The position numbers and the translations under genes are program-made. Below, piece after piece: positions 9,374 to 19,019 of a stretch of 64,000 nt of DNA. Origin of the DNA: Thermodesulfovibrionales bacterium (lineage in GTDB: Bacteria > Nitrospirota > Thermodesulfovibrionia > Thermodesulfovibrionales > UBA9159). How positions within the stretch are numbered: position 1 is the stretch's first letter; each line of letters starts with the position of its first letter. A model generated the notes under the pieces. The model did no database searches. It saw only the letters and a list, made by a program, of their open reading frames with translations, and was not told the origin of the DNA. The stretch covers positions 13,727 to 77,726 of the forward strand of contig JBEKCV010000003.1 in NCBI GenBank assembly GCA_050014695.1. The letters run 5' to 3'.

Positions 9374-11155
9374 ATGATGAGACCCATACGGCAGGCGGGC
9401 TTTTTACTCCTCTGTATCCTGACCGGCGTGATTGCAGGACTGGGCGCGGTCGTTTTCCGGGCGCTCATCGCGCTGACGCACAACGCGCTCTTTTACGGCA
9501 GGCTCTCGACCCTCTACGACGCAAACATGCATACTGCTGCCAGCACATGGGGTCCCTTCGTTATCATCGTACCGGTGATCGGCTCGGTGGGAGTGACCTT
9601 CCTTGTTACTCATTTTGCGCCGGAAGCGAAGGGCCATGGCGTGCCAGAGGTGATGGATGCCGTGTACTACGGCAGAGGCGTAATACGTCCCGTGGTTGCC
9701 GTGTTCAAGTCCCTTGCCTCAGCGCTTTCCATCGGTAGCGGCGGATCCGTGGGAAGGGAAGGGCCGATTGCCCAGATCGGCTCGGCCTTCGGATCCACCA
9801 TGGGTCAGCTCTTTACCATGACGACGAAGCAGCGCATCACGCTCATCGCCGCCGGCGCGGGAGGAGGCATCGCTGCGACCTTCAACACGCCCATCGGCGG
9901 CATCCTGTTTGCCGTCGAACTCCTGCTGCAAGAAGTGAGCGTGGCTACATTGGTTCCCGTCGCGGTTACCACGGTTACGGCAACGTATGTGGCCCAGCTT
10001 TTCTTCGGCGTCCATCCGTCCTTCATTATACCCGCGCTGCAGCAGCCCTATTTCCATCCACTGAATCCCTGGCTCCTTGGCCCCTATGCCGCGCTCGGCG
10101 TGCTCATGGGCCTGACATCCACGGTGTTTATCCATTCGCTTTACGTGGCCGAGGATTTTTTCGAGAAACGCACGGTGAGCAATCCCTATCTGCGGCATGC
10201 TGTGGGCATGCTGGCCGTGGGCGGTTTGATGTACGGCCTCATGTCCGCGACAGGCCATTATTATGTGGAGGGCATTGGCTACTCGACGGTCCAAGAAATC
10301 CTGGCCGGAAATATCCGTGCCGTCCATCTTCTCGTGCTGCTGTTCTTTGTTAAGCTCCTGGCGACGGCCCTCACTCTGGGGTCGGGAGGCTCAGGCGGGA
10401 TCTTCTCGCCGTCCCTGTTCCTGGGCGCAACCGCCGGAGGCGCCTTTGGGATCGTTCTCCAGCAGGTGTTTCCGCACGCTCCGATAAGTCCGGCTGCATT
10501 CGCGGTCGCCGGGATGGCCGGCATGGTGGGCGGCGCTACGGGCGCGGCCATGACGGCGATTGTCATGATCTTCGAGATGACCCTGGATTACAGCGTCATC
10601 CTGCCGATGACGATGACCGTGGCATTGAGCTACGGTACCCGCACGCTGCTCTCCCGGGAAAGCATTTACACGATGAAGCTATCCCGCCGGGATCACCATA
10701 TACCAGCCGCCCTCCAGGCGAATCTGCTCCATGTCCGGCGGGCGAGGGATATCATGCAGAAGCCGGTCGTGACCATATCAGCATCGGACAGTCTGGATGC
10801 TCTCGCCCGCCGCTCCGCGGAGCACCTGGACGTGCGATGGTTCCTCGTCGTCGAGAACGGTCATGTCGCGGGCGTTGTGCCTAGGGACTATGCGCTGTCT
10901 GCCCCTGAGACCGAGCGCAGAGGCTGGCACTCCGTTGCGGACGTGATGCGGCGCGATTTCATCCTTGCCCGCGAGGACGAGACGATGGATAGTATAGTGG
11001 TTCGCATGCACCGGCCGCATGCCGCGGTAGCGGTTGTGCTCAGTCAGCCGGGCTCGCCGCCGTACGCCGTTGACGTCAGGGGTATTATCACCTGGGAGCG
11101 TGTTGCGGAACTGCTGGAGGAGACCATTGAACTGTTTTCGGAAGCGCGTGAATAG
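9374..11155 (+). CDS. ClC-family chloride channel / H+:Cl- antiporter with CBS domains
   Basis: GHGVPE, GREGP, FNTPIGG, GGIFSP motifs; C-terminal CBS pair. Confidence 0.93.
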   Translation: MMRPIRQAGFLLLCILTGVIAGLGAVVFRALIALTHNALFYGRLSTLYDANMHTAASTWGPFVIIVPVIGSVGVTFLVTHFAPEAKGHGVPEVMDAVYYGRGVIRPVVAVFKSLASALSIGSGGSVGREGPIAQIGSAFGSTMGQLFTMTTKQRITLIAAGAGGGIAATFNTPIGGILFAVELLLQEVSVATLVPVAVTTVTATYVAQLFFGVHPSFIIPALQQPYFHPLNPWLLGPYAALGVLMGLTSTVFIHSLYVAEDFFEKRTVSNPYLRHAVGMLAVGGLMYGLMSATGHYYVEGIGYSTVQEILAGNIRAVHLLVLLFFVKLLATALTLGSGGSGGIFSPSLFLGATAGGAFGIVLQQVFPHAPISPAAFAVAGMAGMVGGATGAAMTAIVMIFEMTLDYSVILPMTMTVALSYGTRTLLSRESIYTMKLSRRDHHIPAALQANLLHVRRARDIMQKPVVTISASDSLDALARRSAEHLDVRWFLVVENGHVAGVVPRDYALSAPETERRGWHSVADVMRRDFILAREDETMDSIVVRMHRPHAAVAVVLSQPGSPPYAVDVRGIITWERVAELLEETIELFSEARE

Positions 11156-11205
11156 CCGCCTCAGGATTGTAGAGATTCCAAAAATTACACGCGAATTAGC
11201 GGGTG

Positions 11206-11229
11206 GTGCAAAAAGTCAACTTTTTGCAC
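11206..11229. promoter_or_regulatory. putative serine-resolvase res site I
   Basis: Perfect 11-bp arms GTGCAAAAAGT-CA-ACTTTTTGCAC upstream of a resolvase remnant. Confidence 0.55.
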
Positions 11230-11337
11230 GGTAACCTCATTAGGCTTTCCATCTCTCCCTCCCCTCGCTTGTGAATGCAAAAACCTTTGCTGAAAGCATA
11301 ATGCATTTTCATCTGATATGTGTTAACTTTCTGCACT

Positions 11338-11572
11338 ATGACAACGATCGCTTCCCCAGTCTCAACAACTTCGTCAAATAGGATCGGTTACGCCCGTGTC
11401 ATGTATCGGCCAAACCCTCGACTCGCAACTGGACGCATTGCAATAGGCAGGCTGCGAGAAAATCTTTTCCGAAAAGATGACTCCGGATAGATCGGCCAGC
11501 CTGGGATCAGGTTCTGGAATATGTCCGGCCAGTCGATACTTTGGTTGTGACGGACCTCAGCGTCGGTCTATG
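11338..11572 (+). pseudogene. degraded small serine resolvase/invertase
   Basis: RIGYARV / GQTLDSQLDALQ*AGCEKIFSEKMT / WDQVLEYVRPVDTLVVTDLS with frameshifts and a stop. Confidence 0.8.
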
Positions 11573-11819
11573 AGGAAGGGGATGAGGATGGTCCAGAGCA
11601 GTAGAGAAGTCTAATTTTACCTTTTCGAGGGGTTGGGCAATAATAGCCGAAAAGTTACAGCACTATGAAACATTGGCCCTTTTGTTACTTTCGACCCATC
11701 ATATTCAGGTTGACGCCTATAAGAAGAGCATCAACTTTTATGCAGAAAAAAAGGAGGCGCAGCACATTCCTGGCACCTCCTTTCGCAGTGAAGCTGGCAC
11801 ACATTGGGACATGACGCTC

Positions 11820-12176
11820 TTATTTGATTTTTTTATCCGACATGATCACAATCTCGACTGCAACAGATTTCCCGTCCTTTTCATGAAACTTCACTTTCAG
11901 ATTTTGACCTGCCTTGAGGTCGGTGAAGGTTTTCTTATGTTTGCCCATGCTTATCTTTGTCATGTCGTTTGTTGCGAATGTCACGTCGCCCTTCCACCTG
12001 TTATCGGCCGCTGCCGTCACTCCTTCAACAGAATGCACAGTCACTGTCTTAGCTCCTGCGTCGACAGAAACTACCGGCCCCTTGAGGGAATACATCTCTT
12101 CCTTGGCAATGGCGACTACAGCAAGGGATACTACGAAAAACATTGCTACGCCTATGGTGACAATTTTTTTCATCAT
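11820..12176 (-). CDS. exported protein with OB-fold-like (DUF5666-type) beta pattern
   Basis: Signal peptide; KGPVVSVDAGAKTVTV..DLKAGQNLKVKF; AGGAGG RBS; terminator-like hairpin near 11750-11783. Confidence 0.7.
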   Translation of the reverse strand: MMKKIVTIGVAMFFVVSLAVVAIAKEEMYSLKGPVVSVDAGAKTVTVHSVEGVTAAADNRWKGDVTFATNDMTKISMGKHKKTFTDLKAGQNLKVKFHEKDGKSVAVEIVIMSDKKIK

Positions 12177-12622
12177 AACTTTTCACCTCCTTCCCTCGGC
12201 GGTTCCGCCAACTTATTTAAGAGTCCGCAGCTTTCAGCTCCTTCTTCGCCCAGAGGCTTTGTCGAACCTGTCTTATTATAGCACCTTAAGACGAGAGATG
12301 GAAAAAACGGGGTTGAAACATCAGATCTTTCAGAGCCGCACCAAGGTTTCGGGAGGAATGGCGCAAAAGACTGCGGGGCTGGTACGCGGCCATGAAGGCG
12401 CCACCCGAGGCGGCCGCCACTTAGGCCTTAACCCCGTTTTTTCCTGCTCTCGACGTATCATCATCCGACACGTCCCCTAACAACAATGTCTTCTTCAACG
12501 AGATGCGATACCTTGCGCAAACATGGAGAGTCTCTCGGGGACTGTGCCCAAATCGGTCAAGCTGCCGTCGCGTTCGATTTGGAACATGTCTATCCCTCCG
12601 TTACCGAAGTCCAAAGCATATA

Positions 12623-12821
12623 GGGGTTTTTTGCGCAAACCCTCAAAAAGGTATATTTCAAAAGTTAATCGATTCTGATCGATCTGGCTGCGTTTTTCGC
12701 GGTATTGTTTTTTTGTGAATTTTATCATAATTTAGACCACCCCTCCAAAATCGCTCTCAAATCGACTAGGAACGCCTTTTTTTTGAAATATACCTTTTCG
12801 TCCTTTTGTGCAAAAAACCCC
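12623..12821. mobile_element. 199-bp MITE-like element with 41-bp terminal inverted repeats
   Basis: 12623-12663 vs reverse complement of 12781-12821 match at 35/41; both begin GGGGTTTTTTGC. Confidence 0.7.
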
Positions 12822-13258
12822 ATTTACGTCAGACCCGTTTTAATGAGGCGATAAACGAGTTTAAAGCAGCATTGAGCATCAGTCCTGTTGACGCAGAGGC
12901 CCATAACAATCTTGGCGTAGCCTACTTAGATGAGGACAGAGTTGAAGAGGTCGCAACCGAGTTCGGGATTGCGTTGAGGTTAAACCCTGATCTCGCTGAC
13001 GCTCACAACAATCTTGGTATCACTTTTAAAAAAATGAACCATCTTGATTCTGCCGTTATGGAATTTAAAGCTGCGCTAAGTCTGAAACCTGATTATGCGG
13101 AAGCTCATAATAATCTTGGAAATACCTATTTAAAGCAGACCCGATTTGAAGAGGCAGCAACCGAGTTCGAGATTGCATTGAACCTCAACCCTCGTCTCTC
13201 AAAGGCACGTTATAACCTTGAAATCTGTTATGAAAGAATGAAAGCAATGAAACGATAG
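12822..13258 (+). pseudogene. C-terminal TPR-repeat fragment, 5'-truncated at the MITE
   Basis: Repeated AEAHNNLG..Y TPR units; no proper start or RBS. Confidence 0.75.
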
Positions 13259-13578
13259 ATGAAAGAAAAGCTCTAACGCCTCTTTCGGTTTGCCGGACAG
13301 TCTCCATATTGGACCAGCGGGGGAATTTGAACTGAAATGTACGGTTCTGCTTTAGCATCCACGCGGCCTCAATATATTGTGGCATAGGATTAGCAAATAC
13401 CCATCATTCAGATAATTCCCTACCTACCTTTCAGTGAATATTGTTTGGATTAGTAGCCAGGTGTCTGCATAAATCCTGAAAAGTATGTCTTCCAAGGTTG
13501 TGGAATAAACTCTTATTTCATTGGGACTTACGGGGGATCACACAGAAAAGAAGAAGAGAAATTCACCCAAAAAATCCG

Positions 13579-14112
13579 TTATTGATCGTAGATTGAATTC
13601 GAAACCGTACGTTTCTGTTCAAATTCCCCCGCTGATCCGTCTTTGAAAGTCTTCACTTCCTCGATGTCATCTGAGAACTTCTTTGCAAGCTTAAGCGGAG
13701 CCAGACAGGCGCGGATGGCCGCATGCTCATCGGTACTTCCGCTATAAAATAACTTGCCCTCATAGTTTCTTTCCAAGGTCAGCTTCCTGTCCCGAAGCGT
13801 CTCCGGTCCGAACTTCTCTTCAAAGGCGGCCACGTCAGCGGCCTCGAACTCGAAGACCGCGCGGATCGGGATAAACTTCTCCAGATCTTTACCGTCGAGG
13901 CGATCCCGTTTCTCCAGCCACGCGGGATAATGGTCGACCACAGAAAACTCAACGTTCTCCCGAGCGGGCAGAAGCCGGTATAGCGCGTGCAGAAACGCAG
14001 TCTTTCCAGATTCATTTTTTCCTACAAGGCAGGTCACGTCGGGTTGGATCTGGACAGGTGTGGAGTCGCGGAAGTTTCTGAAGTTTGCGACGTGGACTTC
14101 TTTGAGCTTCAC
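13579..14112 (-). pseudogene. truncated OLD/AAA_15-like ABC ATPase (ATP-dependent nuclease N-terminus)
   Basis: VANFRNFRDS, LVGKNESGKTAFL Walker A; GTG start with GGAGG RBS; ends after ~165 aa without Walker B or TOPRIM. Confidence 0.75.
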
Positions 14113-14243
14113 TTTTCCTCCCAATCCATCATCGGATGGTAAGGCCGTGACTTCGAAGACACTTTGAGTACTCTTTGAGTGGATATTACTGCTATTTCGT
14201 TTACAAATAGGAGCATAACCACCTGATCTTAAACAAAAGATAC

Positions 14244-14268
14244 TGGCGGGGTGGACGGGGCTCGAACC
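14244..14268 (-). repeat. att core: duplicated 3' end of tRNA-Asp
   Basis: TGGCGGGGTGGACGGGGCTCGAACC identical to 24918-24942. Confidence 0.95.
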
Positions 14269-14302
14269 TTTGATAGCAAGCTATAACATATTGATTATAA
14301 GG

Positions 14303-15517
14303 CTATTTTTTAGCATCCTTTTCTTTCAGGGACAGTTTAGGGACAGTGGACAGGGTTAAGTTACGCATTGCCAGTTTCATGCTGTCGGCGCTCTCATGCG
14401 CGTATCGCTGAGTCATTTTTAGGCTGCTATGCCCAAGTAGTCTACTCACGATGTTCAAAGGCACGTTTGCATTGATAAGCTGAGACGCGAAAGAATGCCT
14501 CGATGCGTCATACAGTCTGAGTCCTGAATTTTGAAGGTCCGCTTTTTTCAATGCCCTGTGCCATATCTTCCGCAACGTCTCGTCATTGTAAGGTTTCCCG
14601 GTCCGCTGATTGACGAACAGGAAGGCTTCGGGGAGTGAGGATTTAAGCACGTCCTCGATATAGGGCATAAGCTCAGGGTGCGCCGGGATGATATTCTGCC
14701 GCTTCTGCTTTGTGGTTTCCCTCAACTGGTTTAAAGAGAAAGTCCGTCTTATCCTGATTGTCTTACTCGCAAGGTCGACATCCTTCACCTTGAGCGCCCT
14801 TGCTTCACCCGGACGGCAGCCATGAAGGAAGAGAAAAACAAATATCGGCCTGTCCGAAGAGGGAAGGGCATCGAGTATTTTGATTTGAGTCTCCGCGTCA
14901 ATCCATTTCCATCCTGAATATTCAGGGACCGTGATCACCGGGAACGATGGGACGCGCGCAATGATTTCTTTCCTGTACGCAGCATTGAAAAGGTTCTTCA
15001 GAGAAATGAAAATGTTCTTAATCGTTTTCGGTGATAGGTGATCCGGCAATGATGCCTTGAACTGGTCAATATGATATCGCCTTATGTCCCGGATATCCTT
15101 GTTACTGAAGAAGGGCTTAAAATAGCGCTCGGTGTATGCCTTCAGTTCCTTTACGTAAGAGAAAGACCTTAATCCCTGGTCAACGTCTTTCTGCTTTTCA
15201 TCAAGCCACATTTGCAGCACGTTTGAGAAATAGAACCTTTCCAGTTCAACCTTGACGTACTTTGAAGGGTCAAAACTGTGCTCGGTTAATTCGGTGTTTA
15301 TACTGGATAGCAGGTTAAACGCTCTCTGGTAAGAGTCGAGCACCTGCCCGGTTCTGTCAGAGTATATTTTTATGCGCTTGTTGTCGTGGAAGAGGTCAAT
15401 AAAGAAGCGCTTCGGCATTGTCTCATGTTTCTTGCAGATAAAACCGACCTTCTCAATGTGTGCAAAAGGTTTATTACACTTTGAACACTTGTCTTTTGTG
15501 CGGATAGTCCCTTTCAT
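14303..15517 (-). CDS. int: tyrosine integrase
   Basis: HGCRPGEARAL (R), LYDASRHSFAS, LLGHS, TQRYAH; adjacent to att. Confidence 0.95.
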   Translation of the reverse strand: MKGTIRTKDKCSKCNKPFAHIEKVGFICKKHETMPKRFFIDLFHDNKRIKIYSDRTGQVLDSYQRAFNLLSSINTELTEHSFDPSKYVKVELERFYFSNVLQMWLDEKQKDVDQGLRSFSYVKELKAYTERYFKPFFSNKDIRDIRRYHIDQFKASLPDHLSPKTIKNIFISLKNLFNAAYRKEIIARVPSFPVITVPEYSGWKWIDAETQIKILDALPSSDRPIFVFLFLHGCRPGEARALKVKDVDLASKTIRIRRTFSLNQLRETTKQKRQNIIPAHPELMPYIEDVLKSSLPEAFLFVNQRTGKPYNDETLRKIWHRALKKADLQNSGLRLYDASRHSFASQLINANVPLNIVSRLLGHSSLKMTQRYAHESADSMKLAMRNLTLSTVPKLSLKEKDAKK

Positions 15518-15696
15518 ATCCGTTCCCCTTTCCGTTTTCGTTACAGAAAGAAGATAGGATATGGCCTCTAACTTTGTCAAGCTCACTCGCGCTCTGCCCT
15601 GTCTTTACTCAGACCCTGGGGGGGAGTGAGCGGCATTCGATGAGACTCTTTTTGAGTATGCGTCTAACCACCCGACACGCACGAGAAGGTAAAAAG

Positions 15697-16221
15697 TCAT
15701 TTTCCGTTTTCATCACTTCCCGGCGCTGCATCGGTTATAGGTGGCGCTATGACTCCCTGACAGGGAATAATCTCTATCGGTTCTCCTCCTAAGGCCGTTG
15801 CCAGCAAGCTCATGCACTCAGCGCTTATAACTGCATTGACGTTTTGATTAAAAATGTTTTGAATCGTTTGTGATTGTAGGGGCGTAGGCATGATTCCGAC
15901 TGCCTTTAAAAGATCCATGGATGCCTTATAATGTAGTTCTAGCCTCTTTAATTCCTTTTTAGGGACATCCTTCATAGTCCGCACGAGCCTCAAGATATTC
16001 TGGACAGCATCATCAACACCATCTAACAGTTTCATTTGTTCTTGCTCAATATAGGGCTTGACATCTTCCCGGTGAGCAAAGCGAGAAACTGAGCTCTGAT
16101 TTAACCCCTGTTCTGCCGCTATTGCAGCTTGAGTCTTGCGAACGGCAAGTTCCTTAACTACCTTTGCTTTGATGTGCGGTGCGTCCAGTTTTGATTTCCT
16201 CGGTGTCGTTTTTTTTCTCAT
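15697..16221 (-). CDS. HTH protein with terminase small-subunit-like layout
   Basis: HTH TQAAIAAEQGLNQSSVSRF, helical core ..ASMDLLKAVG, low-complexity C-terminus. Confidence 0.55.
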   Translation of the reverse strand: MRKKTTPRKSKLDAPHIKAKVVKELAVRKTQAAIAAEQGLNQSSVSRFAHREDVKPYIEQEQMKLLDGVDDAVQNILRLVRTMKDVPKKELKRLELHYKASMDLLKAVGIMPTPLQSQTIQNIFNQNVNAVISAECMSLLATALGGEPIEIIPCQGVIAPPITDAAPGSDENGK

Positions 16222-16301
16222 TTATTCATCCTCCTTACGCATAGAAACGCATGTTTTAATGGGCTTTCCGTCAACACACACATCGCTTAAAAGTTTTTCG
16301 C

Positions 16302-16514
16302 TCATCGGAGGGCCTTTTTCTTTGCCGACTGTAAAAGCTCGATGAGGTTGTCAATTTTATCAGGCGCTATTGCTATGCCCTTCTTTGTCGGCCTCCACTC
16401 TCCGTTATCGGTTTCAAAGTACGCTCGAACATCGAGGAAATTTCTGCCTTTATAAATTTCGAAAGATACCCTTACAATCTCTGAAGTGTTCTTCTGGAAT
16501 TCTCCTATTACCAT
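16302..16514 (-). CDS. PC4/YdbC-family ssDNA-binding protein
   Basis: VRVSFEIYKGRNFLDVRAYF..GEWRPTKKGIAI. Confidence 0.88.
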   Translation of the reverse strand: MVIGEFQKNTSEIVRVSFEIYKGRNFLDVRAYFETDNGEWRPTKKGIAIAPDKIDNLIELLQSAKKKALR

Positions 16515-16891
16515 TTCGCCGGATTCTCCTTTCTCCTGATGTTTTCAACCTTTGAGTCTTCGAAGATCTCTTTAACCATATGTACCGCCTTGAGCCCTTC
16601 TTTATTCATGCCCTTTAACTTCCGTATTTCATCGGCGGTATAGATCGGTTCCGTGGTACCCTCAGAGACCCTAATCTCTTTCATGTCAGTGTCAACTATC
16701 CATAGGGAGCATCCAAGTATTTCCGAATAGACTTTATACGCTGCCCCTTCATCGGTTGGGGTGATTTTGCCCCGTTCAACAAGCTTGAAGGCAATCTCTT
16801 TTGGAAGGGTGACGATCTGACCGGGGAGCAGTTCAATTTCCCCTCTTTGAGAAGTCCTGACTTTGAAAACTTCCGATACCAGGTATTTCAT
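16508..16891 (-). CDS. hypothetical protein of the replication module
   Basis: ATG 1 nt after the primase stop, GGAGG RBS; YSEILGCSLW..IYTADEIRKL. Confidence 0.65.
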   Translation of the reverse strand: MKYLVSEVFKVRTSQRGEIELLPGQIVTLPKEIAFKLVERGKITPTDEGAAYKVYSEILGCSLWIVDTDMKEIRVSEGTTEPIYTADEIRKLKGMNKEGLKAVHMVKEIFEDSKVENIRRKENPAKW

Positions 16892-16892
16892 C

Positions 16893-19019
16893 CTATACCT
16901 CCTCAACTTTCTCGTGCTCAAGGTCGATAATTTCCCCCGAAGATTCTTGTTCCCGTAAATTGTTATCTTTATCTTTTTCCTCAAAAACACGGGAACAAGC
17001 ATTTGCCTTGATATTTTCACTACTTAGGTCAGTTTCAGGATTCTTGTTCCCTTGTTCTCTATATATATTGGGAACAACAAAACAAGAATATTTATAAGGG
17101 TCTCCCTTACCCCCTTTTCCTTCCCTTTTGATCTTCCCTTCCCTTACCTGTTCCCTGAGTGCTTTCCTCTTCAATCCTGTTCTTCCCTCAACCTCCTCCG
17201 TGATTACCGCTTCACTGACGGGCTCACTGTGGGAAGATAAAAATTCCATGATGGCCTTCTCAATGGTTGCTATATCCTCTTGCTCTTTGCTCTCCCCTAT
17301 CTCAATGGTTCGGGTCTCCCTGTCGTAATGAATGGTAGTTTCTTCCAAGTCTTCTCCGTATCGCTGATTAGTCTGGATGGTTCGGTAATGCTCGTGGCGT
17401 TTCATAATCATTGCAGTATCTACGCTTCCAAAGATGGCTGTGCTCCCTATAAGGGAATCCCCCCCCTGTCTATCGGCCTTCCCGGCATGGTGAACGCATA
17501 ACACATGGGTACCTGTTTCCCTGGCTAACATCAAAATAGGTTCTAATGCCTGAGTAACTGCAGCATAATCGTTGCCGTCTTTTACCCTTGTCATTCTGAA
17601 AAGAGGGTCAATGATGATAAGGACGGGTTTAATTTCTTCTGCTTTCTCCCTTATCTGTATAAGGGCATCGAGGGGAGCACTCCCGGCATAAATATATATA
17701 TTCTCTTCCCCTGTAGCTCCACCACCCATATCTCGGAAATGACTTCTAACCTCTGCTCTTTTCTCTTCCAATGCGTAATAAATAACCGGGCCTTGATTTA
17801 CGGCCCTGTTAAGGAAGGGCTTCCCCTGAACTACGCATAACGCAAGGTTCCGGGCAAGCGTGCTCTTCCCCACTTTGGGTTTTGCACCTAACACGGAAAA
17901 CCCCCCTGCGGGCAAAATACCTTCTACTAACCATGGAATATTCTCTTCAGGCTCTTTAAGAAGTTCGTTTAATGTGGTAAGGCTCATACTTGTTGTCGTC
18001 CGTGGTGAAGGTTTCTTTTTTACGGTGAATAGAACAACGGGGGAAGTGACCCCGCAAGCCTTACCACAGTCCCGGCCTATGTGGTCTTTCATTGTCTGCT
18101 TTATAATCTCACAGGTATGAGGCCCCCCGTCCTCAAGACAATGCTTCATCTTCTGTTCGGTTTCTCTCGGTGTGTATCCGGGGTAATGCTCTGAAAATTC
18201 ATGGACCAGAGAAAAGGGCTTTACAGGATACCGTGAGAGATTTGATACCATTTGAAACCACAAGGGTTCCAGCAAGGTCGCGCTTTCCTCGTAACAATAT
18301 TTCAGAAAGGCACATTTCCCGGTTATCTCGGCTATATGCCCTGATAGTTCCCCGCTCCCGTTGCTTCTCTCCTTACTGAAAACAGTTTCCTTGTCCTCAT
18401 ACTGGTCGAATAGTTCCGGGGGATAAGCATTGTCATTGATACTGATAAGGGATACGTCTTTCCTTGGAGTGTCCTTGTAATTGTAGGTTCCTGGTATTCT
18501 CATAATTCTTGCAAGTTCACATACTGATAAATCGGATTTCAATTTCTTTGCTATGCCCCTTTGTATCGCTTCTATCTTCGATGAGGGTTCAATAGCCTTG
18601 TCTAAAAACCAGTAGACGTGCAGCCCGTTTCCGGAATAGATGATCACAGTTGGTTCTATCGGGAAATCCTTTAATCTCTCCCATGCCTCGGCCTCTCCCC
18701 GCTCGTAGTCTTTGAAATCCAAATCGGCAAAGTAACAAGTAACCTCTCTGACGTTTTCTTTCTTGCCTTCTTTTCCTTCCCGGCTATACACGCCAAAGTA
18801 AATGTTTCTACTACTCAGGTTCATCGACACAAAGCCTTCAATACCTTCCAGTGTCCGTGTAAACCTGGTAATGGCAGTGTTCTTTGTTTTGGAATCGAAG
18901 GCCCTGAGTTCAATATCATAAGTTGTAAGGGAAAACAACTTTTGGAAGAATATCTTTCTTTGCTCTTTAGGTGTTGTTGTCAATTCATGCCTTGCCCGGT
19001 CAAGAGTCGTCTCACTCAT
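16893..19019 (-). CDS. primase-helicase (RepB-type AEP primase, Cys-rich domain, AAA_25/RecA-like helicase)
   Basis: ADLDFKD, IYSGNGLHVYW, RIMRIPGTYNYK; GAKPKVGKS Walker A, LIIIDP Walker B, VHHAGK. Confidence 0.88.
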   Translation of the reverse strand: MSETTLDRARHELTTTPKEQRKIFFQKLFSLTTYDIELRAFDSKTKNTAITRFTRTLEGIEGFVSMNLSSRNIYFGVYSREGKEGKKENVREVTCYFADLDFKDYERGEAEAWERLKDFPIEPTVIIYSGNGLHVYWFLDKAIEPSSKIEAIQRGIAKKLKSDLSVCELARIMRIPGTYNYKDTPRKDVSLISINDNAYPPELFDQYEDKETVFSKERSNGSGELSGHIAEITGKCAFLKYCYEESATLLEPLWFQMVSNLSRYPVKPFSLVHEFSEHYPGYTPRETEQKMKHCLEDGGPHTCEIIKQTMKDHIGRDCGKACGVTSPVVLFTVKKKPSPRTTTSMSLTTLNELLKEPEENIPWLVEGILPAGGFSVLGAKPKVGKSTLARNLALCVVQGKPFLNRAVNQGPVIYYALEEKRAEVRSHFRDMGGGATGEENIYIYAGSAPLDALIQIREKAEEIKPVLIIIDPLFRMTRVKDGNDYAAVTQALEPILMLARETGTHVLCVHHAGKADRQGGDSLIGSTAIFGSVDTAMIMKRHEHYRTIQTNQRYGEDLEETTIHYDRETRTIEIGESKEQEDIATIEKAIMEFLSSHSEPVSEAVITEEVEGRTGLKRKALREQVREGKIKREGKGGKGDPYKYSCFVVPNIYREQGNKNPETDLSSENIKANACSRVFEEKDKDNNLREQESSGEIIDLEHEKVEEV

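Noticed and set aside
14244..14268. Second tRNA gene
   Set aside because: Only the 3' 25 nt are present; this is the att duplication
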